64,000 bases of DNA from a virus: IMG/VR virus record IMGVR_UViG_3300007735_000794, positions 1 through 64,000 of that record; one strand, 5' to 3'. The notes below the pieces were generated by a model. It was not told where the DNA came from. It saw nothing but the letters and a program-made list of their open reading frames with translations, and made no database searches. Numbering within the stretch: the stretch's first letter is position 1; each line of letters starts with the position of its first letter. Shown here piece by piece: positions 38,232 to 47,981 of this stretch. The position numbers and the translations under genes are program-made.

Positions 38232-39182
38232 TTAACGTCTCATACCTAATTTAGCAGGTCCGCCCAAGAATTGGCCAAATGCTTGATCTTCTACATCGCG
38301 CGTTTCGCTGAGTGCATCGAAGAATCCTTGTTCGAAAACTTCGCGACTTTGTGACGTATTTTCAATTTCCATAAGTAAAGTAACAAGATTTTCGGAATTT
38401 CTTGCAGCTTCTTTTAAAACTGCGTCGTAATACTTAGAAAGCACATCGCGAATTCTTTCTGCCATTGGCGCATTTTCTTGTTGCGCTTGCGCATAATTTA
38501 CTTGTGGCGTTAATCCAAGCAAATTTGCAAACCAGCCGTCCTCAGTTGCTCTAATCATATTAAGCGCAATTTGAAAATTGCTTATGAATGCTCGAGGATC
38601 GCTCTTCATAAGTCTACCAAGCTCTGCCCATACAAGCGGCAAAATTCTCATTCCAACACTCATTGCAGGAGCAACAAACTCTTCCATCAAAACTTTTGAA
38701 ACAGCTATTTTGACTTGTATTCTGTTCTTTTTTCCTGCAAGATCACGAACAGGGAAGTATTTTTGTTTTGTTTCTGGCGGCGGGTCTATTCCTGGCTCAT
38801 CTTCTGGAGCATTGCCCACAACACCCTTGTGTTTTTGTTTCGTTCGATTTGCAAGCGCATCATCGAACGCTTGATCAAAATCAAAATCATCATCTACGTC
38901 AGAGCTGTCTAATGCATTTAATATACTCTCGGGAGTTGCACCCTTAAATTGATCAAGTGTAACACCTCCCCGGGCTACCGGAGGAAGATTTACATTTTTT
39001 TGTCTTGTGCCAAGGTCGCCACCTTTTGGAAGCACTTCAACTTCTCCGCCGCCAGCGGGAGCATTAAGCAAATCTTCAAGTTCTTGCTCTTCTTTTGATA
39101 AAACTTTTGTTTTAAGCGGAGGATTATCAAAAGCTTCTTTTATAACTGCACGTATTGTTTTTCTTAGATTTCTAATTGACAT
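38232..39182 (-). CDS. leader-bearing hypothetical protein
   Basis: MSIRNLRKTIRAVIKEA. Confidence 0.8.
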   Translation of the reverse strand: MSIRNLRKTIRAVIKEAFDNPPLKTKVLSKEEQELEDLLNAPAGGGEVEVLPKGGDLGTRQKNVNLPPVARGGVTLDQFKGATPESILNALDSSDVDDDFDFDQAFDDALANRTKQKHKGVVGNAPEDEPGIDPPPETKQKYFPVRDLAGKKNRIQVKIAVSKVLMEEFVAPAMSVGMRILPLVWAELGRLMKSDPRAFISNFQIALNMIRATEDGWFANLLGLTPQVNYAQAQQENAPMAERIRDVLSKYYDAVLKEAARNSENLVTLLMEIENTSQSREVFEQGFFDALSETRDVEDQAFGQFLGGPAKLGMRR

Positions 39183-39189
39183 ATTGAAT

Positions 39190-39924
39190 TTAGCCTCTTA
39201 AGCGTGTATAGTCTACGCTATGTCTAGAATATTGGTTCCAAATATCGTTATCAAATTCATGACGACCGCGATCGTCGCCTGCAGCGCCCAGACGTTCTGC
39301 TTCGTAATGAATAAATGAGAACCACCAACCAAATTGTTTCATGATTGTATCAAATAAGACAGTATGCGCAAAGTCAAATTTTGATTCGTCAGTTATTCGA
39401 CAGACGACATCTGTCGAATTAAAGAGCTTTTCTAATAGTGACTCATCATCGTCTTCTATAATTTCATCACCAATTTCATTATAAAATGTAAATGGACATT
39501 TTGAAATATCATATTGAAATCCTGCTACAAGTTCAGTTGTAATAATCTCGAATGCATGCACGATCATTTTCACTAATTCTTTAGTGAGCGCCTTGCCAAG
39601 TTTTTTTGTTACGTCATCAGTACTTTCTGCATTTTTTAAGAATTCATTAGAAAGCTCTTTTGCAAATGAAATAATTATGCTTTTGATACTTGCGTCTGAT
39701 TTTAATGTCTCATTTGATATTCCAAAGCTTTTTGCTAGTTGCATGTATTTTGTAGTTAGACCTGACGCATATTTTTCTGCAATGTCATAAAATACTTCGC
39801 TTTTTGCAATTGTTGTTATGCTATTGAGAAAATTTGTAATTTCTTCATCTGACACGTCGTCGATGCCTTCGAGCATGAGGTGTCTGCGTATGAGCGATCT
39901 AAGAATTGTGTTTTTTATTTCCAT
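39190..39924 (-). CDS. leader-bearing acidic helical protein, paralog of 41947
   Basis: IKNTILRSLIRRHLMLEGIDD; TLK...IK pattern shared. Confidence 0.8.
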   Translation of the reverse strand: MEIKNTILRSLIRRHLMLEGIDDVSDEEITNFLNSITTIAKSEVFYDIAEKYASGLTTKYMQLAKSFGISNETLKSDASIKSIIISFAKELSNEFLKNAESTDDVTKKLGKALTKELVKMIVHAFEIITTELVAGFQYDISKCPFTFYNEIGDEIIEDDDESLLEKLFNSTDVVCRITDESKFDFAHTVLFDTIMKQFGWWFSFIHYEAERLGAAGDDRGRHEFDNDIWNQYSRHSVDYTRLRG

Positions 39925-39928
39925 TATT

Positions 39929-41863
39929 TTAACCGATGATTTTTTGCCATGATTTAAGTAATTTGTTTTCTTTAAACAAATCGTTTAAATCATTATCAAT
40001 TTCTTGATCATTTGCACTTTGAACATTATCATTTAGCCCTAATATGCGTTTAGACTCGTCAGGAACAATACCGAGGAATTTGTTAACAGTGATTGCGTGT
40101 GTTAGCATTTGTCTAATTTTGCTATTTTTTGCAGATATGCCTATCGCGTCCATAAAAAGTTTAATTTTATATGGGAGTGTTCCGTAATTAAATATCAATT
40201 CTAGCATATGAGGTAACTTTTTATTTTCTGGCGCTTTGTCTGGATTTATGATATACAAGTTCGCAATCTTAAGCGAAACGTCGCGAGGCCATGATTTAAC
40301 AAATGCAGGATTGCTCAATGCTGCTTGGAATGATTCATTTGTTAAAACAAAATCCCAAAAGTTTCCGTTAAGTCCTGTTCCCATCGCGCTTGTGAATGAT
40401 TTTGAACACATGTCAAGCACGATTTCAACGGGTGTATTTGGGTTTGTAGAAATATTTTTTGCGAGCGATTGATAGTTTTTTTCTTTTGCATACTCATATG
40501 CAGCTTTAATTTCTTCAACATTGTCAGAAATTGACATATCGTATGCTTTTTGAACTTTTGCGTATGGACTTCCTAAGCTTATCATTAATGATTTTGTTTC
40601 TTCATCTTGATTATCTACTAATTTATTCCACGAAGATAACATCTTAAATATTGCATCTCCCGATGCTTTAACATTTTGAAAAAGTAAAAACACATTTTTT
40701 GCATTTTCTGGCCAGATTTTTATATCTGAGTTATCATTGAATATCGCAGCAAGCGTATAATCATTCAACTCTTCTTTGTCTGCATTAATTTTGATAAGTT
40801 CATTCAATACATTTGAATCTTGATTTGTAACTTGATAAGTGAGACGAGAAAGCGTCATAAATTTAGCAATGAATGCAGCACATTCTCTAGAGAATTTTAC
40901 ATTTGCAGATGTTGCATCTTTATAAATTCGAATAGCTTCCTCAGTTCTTTGCTGAGCGCTGAGTGTGACAAGCATTTCTTTCATTGCACCGAGATTATTT
41001 GCAGCCTTGATAGCATAATCTGCGGCGGGCGCAACGCCACCAATCGATTCAACTTTTTCGAAGATAATCTTCATAATCTCAGAATAATATTGACCCAAGA
41101 CGCGTTTGTGGTCTTCAGCTGTCATTCCTTTATTGTCTCTGTCAATCGTTGTTCCGCCATTACGTCCATCTATAAGCTTGCCGTCTTTAAAACCAATTGA
41201 CATATAATCAAATTTTCCGGCGGGGTCTGGATAAGGACGCGCGCCATCTTTGATAATATAGATTAATAGCTTGTCACCAGAGTTGTATGTGTAGAAAAGA
41301 TTTGATTGAGATGTATAGTTTGTACACCACGTTGTGTTAGGTGCCATTGTTATCGGATCATAGCCTGCAATTTCCATACTGTCTGCCATGTTGTGAGGCA
41401 GCCAAATGTTCCAAGGACCGACTTTTCCTATCAATTCTTTTGGGCCACCCTGCGAACCTGTCAGTGCAAGCCTTTGTTTTTTCTTTGATGCCAACGCCAT
41501 GATTGTAGTCATTTCATCGACTGTCATCTTTTGAAAATCTGCAGGATTATCCCACGATTTTTCTTTATTGAGCCCAGCATAGTATGCTGCGATATCTGTC
41601 TTAAACTGTTCGTTTGTTGCCCATTTTTGGCTAAGACCTGATGCTAATCCTTTGTATGATTTAACAATTCCAATGCAGTCCTCAATTGGATGAGTTTCTT
41701 TGATTGATTTTTCTTTTCCAAATCTCTTAATCAACCAAGAAATGCAAGGCGGATCAAGTTGCATAATCTGTGGCGCTTGAGCGCTGTATTTATCTGCCAG
41801 CTCTTTTTGGTCATCTTTAAATCCTTCAAGCAGCAATTCGGCAATAAATTGTTTTATATGCAT
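39929..41863 (-). CDS. large leader-bearing protein with WCT motif and LRV-like NPNTP repeat
   Basis: MHIKQFIAELLLEG; TTWCTN..NLFYTY; NPNTPVEI. Confidence 0.85.
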   Translation of the reverse strand: MHIKQFIAELLLEGFKDDQKELADKYSAQAPQIMQLDPPCISWLIKRFGKEKSIKETHPIEDCIGIVKSYKGLASGLSQKWATNEQFKTDIAAYYAGLNKEKSWDNPADFQKMTVDEMTTIMALASKKKQRLALTGSQGGPKELIGKVGPWNIWLPHNMADSMEIAGYDPITMAPNTTWCTNYTSQSNLFYTYNSGDKLLIYIIKDGARPYPDPAGKFDYMSIGFKDGKLIDGRNGGTTIDRDNKGMTAEDHKRVLGQYYSEIMKIIFEKVESIGGVAPAADYAIKAANNLGAMKEMLVTLSAQQRTEEAIRIYKDATSANVKFSRECAAFIAKFMTLSRLTYQVTNQDSNVLNELIKINADKEELNDYTLAAIFNDNSDIKIWPENAKNVFLLFQNVKASGDAIFKMLSSWNKLVDNQDEETKSLMISLGSPYAKVQKAYDMSISDNVEEIKAAYEYAKEKNYQSLAKNISTNPNTPVEIVLDMCSKSFTSAMGTGLNGNFWDFVLTNESFQAALSNPAFVKSWPRDVSLKIANLYIINPDKAPENKKLPHMLELIFNYGTLPYKIKLFMDAIGISAKNSKIRQMLTHAITVNKFLGIVPDESKRILGLNDNVQSANDQEIDNDLNDLFKENKLLKSWQKIIG

Positions 41864-41946
41864 TTAATTCTCACAAGACAGAACAAGTTATTTATAACTA
41901 TACAAATGAGTGTCTAGAAAATAATCTTTTAGCAAAAATGTTATAG

Positions 41947-42618
41947 CTATGCTATTTTTGCTTTAATGCTTGCACACTCTTTAAAATCAAAATTATAAAA
42001 CCAGCATGAGATCCTGTAGATCAACATCTCATACAGCGCTTTTTGATCATCATCAAGTGATATTATAGTTATGAGTTCGCCTCTCTCGCGAAGGTCAATA
42101 AGTTCTTCATAATCTGTAATTAGTTTTCCTGAGCCATCATGGACGAAGACGTCTTCGTCGTGCGTTTGATAAAGCGCTTCGAATGCGAATTCACTTGGTA
42201 GCTCACTAATGACGCCGACAAGCATCTTTACTATTTCGTAGACAAAGATTTTTACGATTTTTTCGTCATTAATAATTTCTGAGTATTCTTCGATGTCTGC
42301 CTCAGATTCTGCTAAGAGTTGCAGTATATTAAGATATAGATTATTTGCATTAAGAATTAACAGCTGCTTTATTTGATTATTCTGCTTCAGCGTAACACGA
42401 TTCATTCCGCTAGGTGAATGCGCCATTTCGTAGAGGACTTTTCCAATTTTGTTGTCTATTGCGCTCTTAACAAAATCTTCATCAAACTTATCAGCATGAT
42501 GAAGTTCTATGATTAGATCGACTAATTGAAGTGCTTTTTCTTTTTTATTGTCATCAAGCCCTTCTTCAATGATCCTTCGTTTAATTAGCGATCGAAGAAC
42601 AGAATTTTTAACAAACAT
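41947..42618 (-). CDS. leader-bearing acidic helical protein, paralog of 39190
   Basis: VKNSVLRSLIKRRIIEEGLDD. Confidence 0.8.
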   Translation of the reverse strand: MFVKNSVLRSLIKRRIIEEGLDDNKKEKALQLVDLIIELHHADKFDEDFVKSAIDNKIGKVLYEMAHSPSGMNRVTLKQNNQIKQLLILNANNLYLNILQLLAESEADIEEYSEIINDEKIVKIFVYEIVKMLVGVISELPSEFAFEALYQTHDEDVFVHDGSGKLITDYEELIDLRERGELITIISLDDDQKALYEMLIYRISCWFYNFDFKECASIKAKIA

Positions 42619-42655
42619 TAGTAACGCCACGAACAATTATTAAATATACAAACAG

Positions 42656-43165
42656 TTAGAAAAATGTTTGCCTATTTTGGGGTTCAACATAGTCAAGCTT
42701 CAAAAATTCAAATACGGCATAATCGTCATAAAAATCAGAAATACATTCTTTCTTATCGTTTAAAATTTGATTTTTTGTATAACAATATCCCATTTCGCTA
42801 CACATACTTGCAATAAAAATATTGAATCCAGCCGGACCTGTGTAATTCATTGTCATTATTCCAAAATTTTCTTTTGTTGCAATAAAAATATCAATTTGAA
42901 CATCATCAATTGAAACGTAGTATGCAATTTTCCCAACTTGTTTTTTCAATTGAACGTTATCAAACCATGATTTAAAATCATCAAGATTTTTTGGCACTAT
43001 AACAATATCAACATCACCGCATGTTTGTCTTTGTCTGCGATATGACCCACATATTTCTAATTTTTCACATTGAGCATGAAGTCCCAACACTTTTAATTCT
43101 TCAACAATTTTTTCAACTTCTTTTCTTGATATTCTTCTGCTCTCACCAAAGACTTTGCCGCTCAT
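42656..43165 (-). CDS. polX: minimal X-family DNA polymerase (palm + thumb only)
   Basis: GSYRR..CGDVDIV; QIDIF; YTG...FN; YVEPQNR. Confidence 0.85.
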   Translation of the reverse strand: MSGKVFGESRRISRKEVEKIVEELKVLGLHAQCEKLEICGSYRRQRQTCGDVDIVIVPKNLDDFKSWFDNVQLKKQVGKIAYYVSIDDVQIDIFIATKENFGIMTMNYTGPAGFNIFIASMCSEMGYCYTKNQILNDKKECISDFYDDYAVFEFLKLDYVEPQNRQTFF

Positions 43166-43226
43166 AAATCACACGTAATAAACAAAATATAATTCGTGTC
43201 ATGATATTTACACATATTTATAGAAT

Positions 43227-44030
43227 ATGACGAAAATATTGCAAGAATCAATACGATGTATACTGAATGAAACAGTAGGCTGGTCTGATAGCTTAGAATC
43301 AATCTCTTTGAGGTTAGAAGAATTGATTGGGAAAGAATTTTCAATGTTCAAGCATTTAGAAAAAATGGGCTGGAAATTGGGAAGATTTTTACCTGACACT
43401 ATACCACACGATTTTGTTTATTTGGGTAGTGGCATGTATCGTGTTGTGTTTGCACCCAAATCAGACAAAGATTTAGTTATCAAAATAGCAAAAACAGAAG
43501 ACGGTTGCGCTATGAATAGTGACGATGCTCTAGTTGGGAAAAATGGATATTGGGCGAAAGCGTTCCCGAAATGTTACAACGTTGCAGATGATTATAGATG
43601 GATTATTCAAGAGCGATGTGATGTTGCAAGAAATAGAAGTTCGCATGGCTATGCTGACCTTTCTAGTTACTTTGTAAATACATACTTTTATTATTTTTCA
43701 GATGACGATGAGTGGTCTGTGCTAATTTGTTCACTTGCTATCGGCGCTGGAATGTCATTTGATGAATTAAAGAAATCATGCAGAAATGCATATCTTACTG
43801 CTGCCAATGAAATAAATAATTCTTTCGAAGAAGACCCAGATGAAATCATTCAATCTATGAATGACGAACTTATGAATACATCTGCAACATATAAATTGTG
43901 GTGTGGCGCGATCAAGCGATTTGGAATTGCACCAGACGATTTATATTCAAACAATCTTGGATTTTCTAGAGAAGACTGCAGACCTGTTATTATTGATTCA
44001 AGCTTTATAAATACATTAGAGAGAACATAA
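43227..44030 (+). CDS. atypical protein-kinase-like protein with family leader
   Basis: LGSGMYRVVF, VIKIA, DDLYSNNLG, VIIDS; leader ILQESIRCILNET. Confidence 0.75.
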   Translation: MTKILQESIRCILNETVGWSDSLESISLRLEELIGKEFSMFKHLEKMGWKLGRFLPDTIPHDFVYLGSGMYRVVFAPKSDKDLVIKIAKTEDGCAMNSDDALVGKNGYWAKAFPKCYNVADDYRWIIQERCDVARNRSSHGYADLSSYFVNTYFYYFSDDDEWSVLICSLAIGAGMSFDELKKSCRNAYLTAANEINNSFEEDPDEIIQSMNDELMNTSATYKLWCGAIKRFGIAPDDLYSNNLGFSREDCRPVIIDSSFINTLERT

Positions 44031-44031
44031 A

Positions 44032-44754
44032 ATGAACGAACAATTCAAAAAGTTGCTAAGAGAATTCATAAATGAAACTGTTATAAGACGTCGCGGCGGT
44101 GAAGAAGTAAAAATAGCATCTTCTGCCGATAGGATTTCTTCGTTTTCTGGCGCTACGCGCGGCAATATTACATCGATTGGCGACATAAAAATATCACCAA
44201 AAGAAGCAAAAAACTTGTCGTTAGAAATGAATTCGCCATTTATGCAAGGGCCCGCATTTCATGCAATTTACAATGGAGGTGTGGGAGAAGAAAATAAATT
44301 TGTAAAGATAAAATCAAAAGAGCAAAAGCGTGCATCTATTTGGGGTGAAGATGACAATGAAGAGAACGTTAAAAAAGTTCCAACTCTTGCGAATTATAGA
44401 ATCGGCGAAAAGGGCTCATATGTTTATATTCCTGAGCTTTTTTTGATGGTGCATAATCCTGCTACAGTTGATCGTGCATTTGGCGTCGGTTTTGTTAAAA
44501 ATATAGAAAATTTCCCAACATCAACACCGGGCTATGATGCACCGCTTGCTCAAATAGAATTTGCTGACGATCAAAAGCCACCAGGTCATATGAATACACA
44601 AAACATGGTTGGTTTAGCATTCGTATGTAAGTTATCAGAAGCAGATGCGCTTGTTAAAGCAGAACAATTTTCAACGATTAAGAAACGAACACTTTCAAAG
44701 GGCGCGTCAGTCAAAGATCCAATAGTTGCAGCTCAAGAAGAAGATGATGACTAA
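44032..44754 (+). CDS. leader-bearing hypothetical protein
   Basis: FKKLLREFINET. Confidence 0.8.
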   Translation: MNEQFKKLLREFINETVIRRRGGEEVKIASSADRISSFSGATRGNITSIGDIKISPKEAKNLSLEMNSPFMQGPAFHAIYNGGVGEENKFVKIKSKEQKRASIWGEDDNEENVKKVPTLANYRIGEKGSYVYIPELFLMVHNPATVDRAFGVGFVKNIENFPTSTPGYDAPLAQIEFADDQKPPGHMNTQNMVGLAFVCKLSEADALVKAEQFSTIKKRTLSKGASVKDPIVAAQEEDDD

Positions 44755-45160
44755 ATCATGTGAAACAGTTATAAGAGCATTAATACGTGAATTTAATTCG
44801 CCGGTGGGTGATTCTGTTCTTGAAATGATGTCAGATGTCGAGGGTGTTGTCGAAGGAATTAGCAAATTATCAGACGAGCTAATTGAAATAGAACCGCAGG
44901 TAGGAATTCAATTGAAAACATTTGCAAAGAGTTTAAAATCTTCACCAAAAAAAGGGCCCAAAGAAGTCGCAATTCAAATGCAAAAAATTTTAACATTTCT
45001 AGAAGATGAATTGCATGATGAAACGCTTGGTCTTCAAATGAGAATTGCGACATTGCTTCGAAGCTCGTTACCAATGACTGGAATATTTCAATCGCCACAA
45101 GCAGGTTTAAATCCCGCATATGATCCCACAAAAGGCAGCATGTTTAACAAAGCGGGATAA
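44744..45160 (+). CDS. leader-bearing hypothetical protein
   Basis: VIRALIREF. Confidence 0.7.
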   Translation: MMTKSCETVIRALIREFNSPVGDSVLEMMSDVEGVVEGISKLSDELIEIEPQVGIQLKTFAKSLKSSPKKGPKEVAIQMQKILTFLEDELHDETLGLQMRIATLLRSSLPMTGIFQSPQAGLNPAYDPTKGSMFNKAG

Positions 45161-45176
45161 ATGATATAATTGAAGC

Positions 45177-45425
45177 ATGGAAACATTTAATGTACCTGAT
45201 GGTTTTTCACCTCAATTTTGTAATGCAGTGTATGGATTTTTTACTGGCAGAAGAGATAAGCACATATTTGACGAGCTAAAGACCCGTTTCGGCACTGAGC
45301 GGTATTATCTTGAGTCGATTGAAGAAATTTATAATGAAAATGGTTGGCGTCTCGATATTAAATCTCGAAAAGCATACAGAGAAATATTTAGAGGCACGCT
45401 GAGTTTTGATTCTTTTAAGTTATAG
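45177..45425 (+). CDS. hypothetical protein
   Basis: TATAAT just upstream; tiling. Confidence 0.6.
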   Translation: METFNVPDGFSPQFCNAVYGFFTGRRDKHIFDELKTRFGTERYYLESIEEIYNENGWRLDIKSRKAYREIFRGTLSFDSFKL

Positions 45426-45803
45426 ATTTTTGTCATAGATAAATTTCTTGACTAAGACGCCTGCTTTAGCGTTTGCTTGATCTTCATGAAAACCTCCAAT
45501 GTCTTTTATTGGTCGTGTGATTAGACCTCTGTCGTGTTGTTGCATGTGAACCATTTCGTGAGCGATAGATCGACAAATATCAAGAACATTTCTATTATGA
45601 CCCCATACACACACCTCATTTGTCTGAGGATCAAAGTATGCAGTTGTCTTTATATTGTTTTGAGCACGATCTAATACTACTTTTATTTTAAAGTCACAAC
45701 TAAGCTTTAGTTCTTCTTGCGCAAATTTACAAAAATCAGCTACTAAATTTGTATCTTCACCGGGCATATTTAAAGCAGAGTCTACTAATAGTTTTTGTTC
45801 CAT
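45420..45803 (-). CDS. small zincin-type metallopeptidase
   Basis: IAHEMVH (HExxH) plus downstream HEDQA. Confidence 0.75.
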   Translation of the reverse strand: MEQKLLVDSALNMPGEDTNLVADFCKFAQEELKLSCDFKIKVVLDRAQNNIKTTAYFDPQTNEVCVWGHNRNVLDICRSIAHEMVHMQQHDRGLITRPIKDIGGFHEDQANAKAGVLVKKFIYDKNL

Positions 45804-45975
45804 TTAAACCATAACATCTATGTATAAGTATTACAATTTCAATATTTAGTCTTGTAGATTTTAGTAAATGCAGTTCTTATATATGAACTGTATAGCGTTG
45901 TCGTAAATCTTTACAAAATATAAAAATAAAAGTTTGTTGTAATCATGCACGGCTAGTGAGTTATAATAACTCATT

Positions 45976-47283
45976 ATGAACTCAGCTACCATAAACGAAC
46001 TAGAATTCAGATCTCAATTGAATTCTAGACTACTAAATATTAAGCAATTATCAAACTCTGGCGCTTTAATCTTACATAAACATTTAGTAAATGACTCATT
46101 ACAGAAAGTTCTTATATCATCAAAAAGAAAATCATGGTTCGACAATACTATTCTTCCAATGATTGAATCTGCATCAATCGACGCAGAAAAATCTGCACCT
46201 GGCGCGGGATTAATTGTATTGAAGTTAATTACAAGTCAATTAACAGAAGATCTAAAAGAAATTAGCAATTCGAATCTTGAAATAGAACTTCTAAAAGAAC
46301 ATACATCCTCAGCACAAAAAATATGCACGAAAGAAGAATTTGAAGAATTTAGAAAAAAGACACTTTCAAAACATGCTTATGCTTTGATGACAGAAATATT
46401 AGAAAAATACAATCTTGGTGACGATCTAGAAACAAAAAAATCTTATTTGAGAGACACAACAATTGAAAAAATTGAAGGATACACACTTGACAATATTATT
46501 TTTAATCAGCTCTTCCTCAAAAGTGGAACGTGGACAAGGTCAGATGTAAATGTGTTAATAATTGATGGTCTAATAGAATCAGTCGGAGAAATTTATCATC
46601 TTCTAGAAAAAGCAAATAAGACAAGCGAATCGTATCTTGTAATTTGTGCTGGTATTTTACAAGAACCATTGAATGTTATCTTACAAAATTTTGCAAGAGA
46701 AACAATAGATGTAGTTGTTGGAACTATTAAATCAAGTGATCAAAGCATCAATACAATAGCAGATCTTGGCACAATTTGTATGACGTCACCCATCTCAGCA
46801 ATGAAGGGAGAGACAATATCACAAGCAACGTTACATGACTTTCAAAAACTCGATAAAGTCAGTATTACACAAAATCGTATACAAATAAAAAATAGCAAAG
46901 CAAAAATTGCAACTACAAATTTACTTCGTGAACTTATAAAAAAGTCACAGCAAGATATTGACGTTGATTATCTTTTGCAAAAAAGAATAAAATGTCTATC
47001 TTCGTCTAGACTTTCAATATCAATTGGGCGAGACGATGTAGATAAACAAAAAAATATCATTGAAGAAATTGATACATTCTTACGAAGTTGCCCAATGATT
47101 TTATCAAATGGATTTTTACATAAAAATGAATTAAAGAATTTTTCTGATAACATAATCGAATTATTATTTGGTGAAACAGATGCACAACCCGTTGTCAGAA
47201 TTGAAAAAGCTATTTCAATATATAAATCATTCTTTAATCAAATCAAGCAAACCGGCACAATTATCACAGAAGACAGGAGTTAA
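45976..47283 (+). CDS. divergent GroEL/Cpn60-like chaperonin
   Basis: IEGYTLD; LIIDGLIESVGEIYHLLE..YLVICAG (apical domain); LQKRIKCLS..ISIG; lacks GDGTTT. Confidence 0.7.
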   Translation: MNSATINELEFRSQLNSRLLNIKQLSNSGALILHKHLVNDSLQKVLISSKRKSWFDNTILPMIESASIDAEKSAPGAGLIVLKLITSQLTEDLKEISNSNLEIELLKEHTSSAQKICTKEEFEEFRKKTLSKHAYALMTEILEKYNLGDDLETKKSYLRDTTIEKIEGYTLDNIIFNQLFLKSGTWTRSDVNVLIIDGLIESVGEIYHLLEKANKTSESYLVICAGILQEPLNVILQNFARETIDVVVGTIKSSDQSINTIADLGTICMTSPISAMKGETISQATLHDFQKLDKVSITQNRIQIKNSKAKIATTNLLRELIKKSQQDIDVDYLLQKRIKCLSSSRLSISIGRDDVDKQKNIIEEIDTFLRSCPMILSNGFLHKNELKNFSDNIIELLFGETDAQPVVRIEKAISIYKSFFNQIKQTGTIITEDRS

Positions 47284-47287
47284 AAAG

Positions 47288-47521
47288 ATGTCACTAGAGT
47301 TAAAAGTAAGCACTACATTCAAGAATTCAATCGACGTTGTTAAAGATAAAGTCATATCAAATCTCATTGAAGCAAGAGGTCAAGGAAAAATCAAGATAGA
47401 GAAAAAAGAATTCGATGCAATATGCAACATGATAATAATGTCATTTGATCAAGGCTCACTTAACTCGTTCTCTCAAATCGACACACTTGTAAAGGAAATA
47501 AGAAAAGAATATGGCAATTGA
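47288..47521 (+). CDS. hypothetical protein
   Basis: AGGAG SD. Confidence 0.75.
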   Translation: MSLELKVSTTFKNSIDVVKDKVISNLIEARGQGKIKIEKKEFDAICNMIIMSFDQGSLNSFSQIDTLVKEIRKEYGN

Positions 47522-47981
47522 TGGTCTAAGACATTTAATCGAATGTCATTGCATATTACCACAATTTAGAAACAGGAAAGAACCTGTTTATCATAAATTC
47601 GTAGTATTTTCAATTACAAACGATGATGTATTTCAGCAGAAGCTAGTTCAATGCAATAATTGCGGAATCGTTCACAAAGTCATTGATTTTTGTAAATCTG
47701 AGATTGTTCATGGAATTGAAGAAAACAAATCATTGAGAACAATTGAAGATATCAAGCTGGGAATTCCAAAAACAATTTGTGAGTTTCTAACACAACAAAA
47801 TGCAGATTTATCTATCTGGGAATTCGTTGAGTTTGTTCTTGAAAACAATCTTGAAAAAGATGTCGTAATAAAGAAAGATGACTCTGGCGGAATAACACAA
47901 GTAAAAATCTTGCAAATTAAACAAGATGGTACTTTTAAAGTAAGAAATCATACAAGACAAGACATCGTGGAAATACAATGA
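47511..47981 (+). CDS. putative zinc-binding protein
   Basis: ECHC..CNNCG..H..FCK. Confidence 0.75.
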   Translation: MAIDGLRHLIECHCILPQFRNRKEPVYHKFVVFSITNDDVFQQKLVQCNNCGIVHKVIDFCKSEIVHGIEENKSLRTIEDIKLGIPKTICEFLTQQNADLSIWEFVEFVLENNLEKDVVIKKDDSGGITQVKILQIKQDGTFKVRNHTRQDIVEIQ

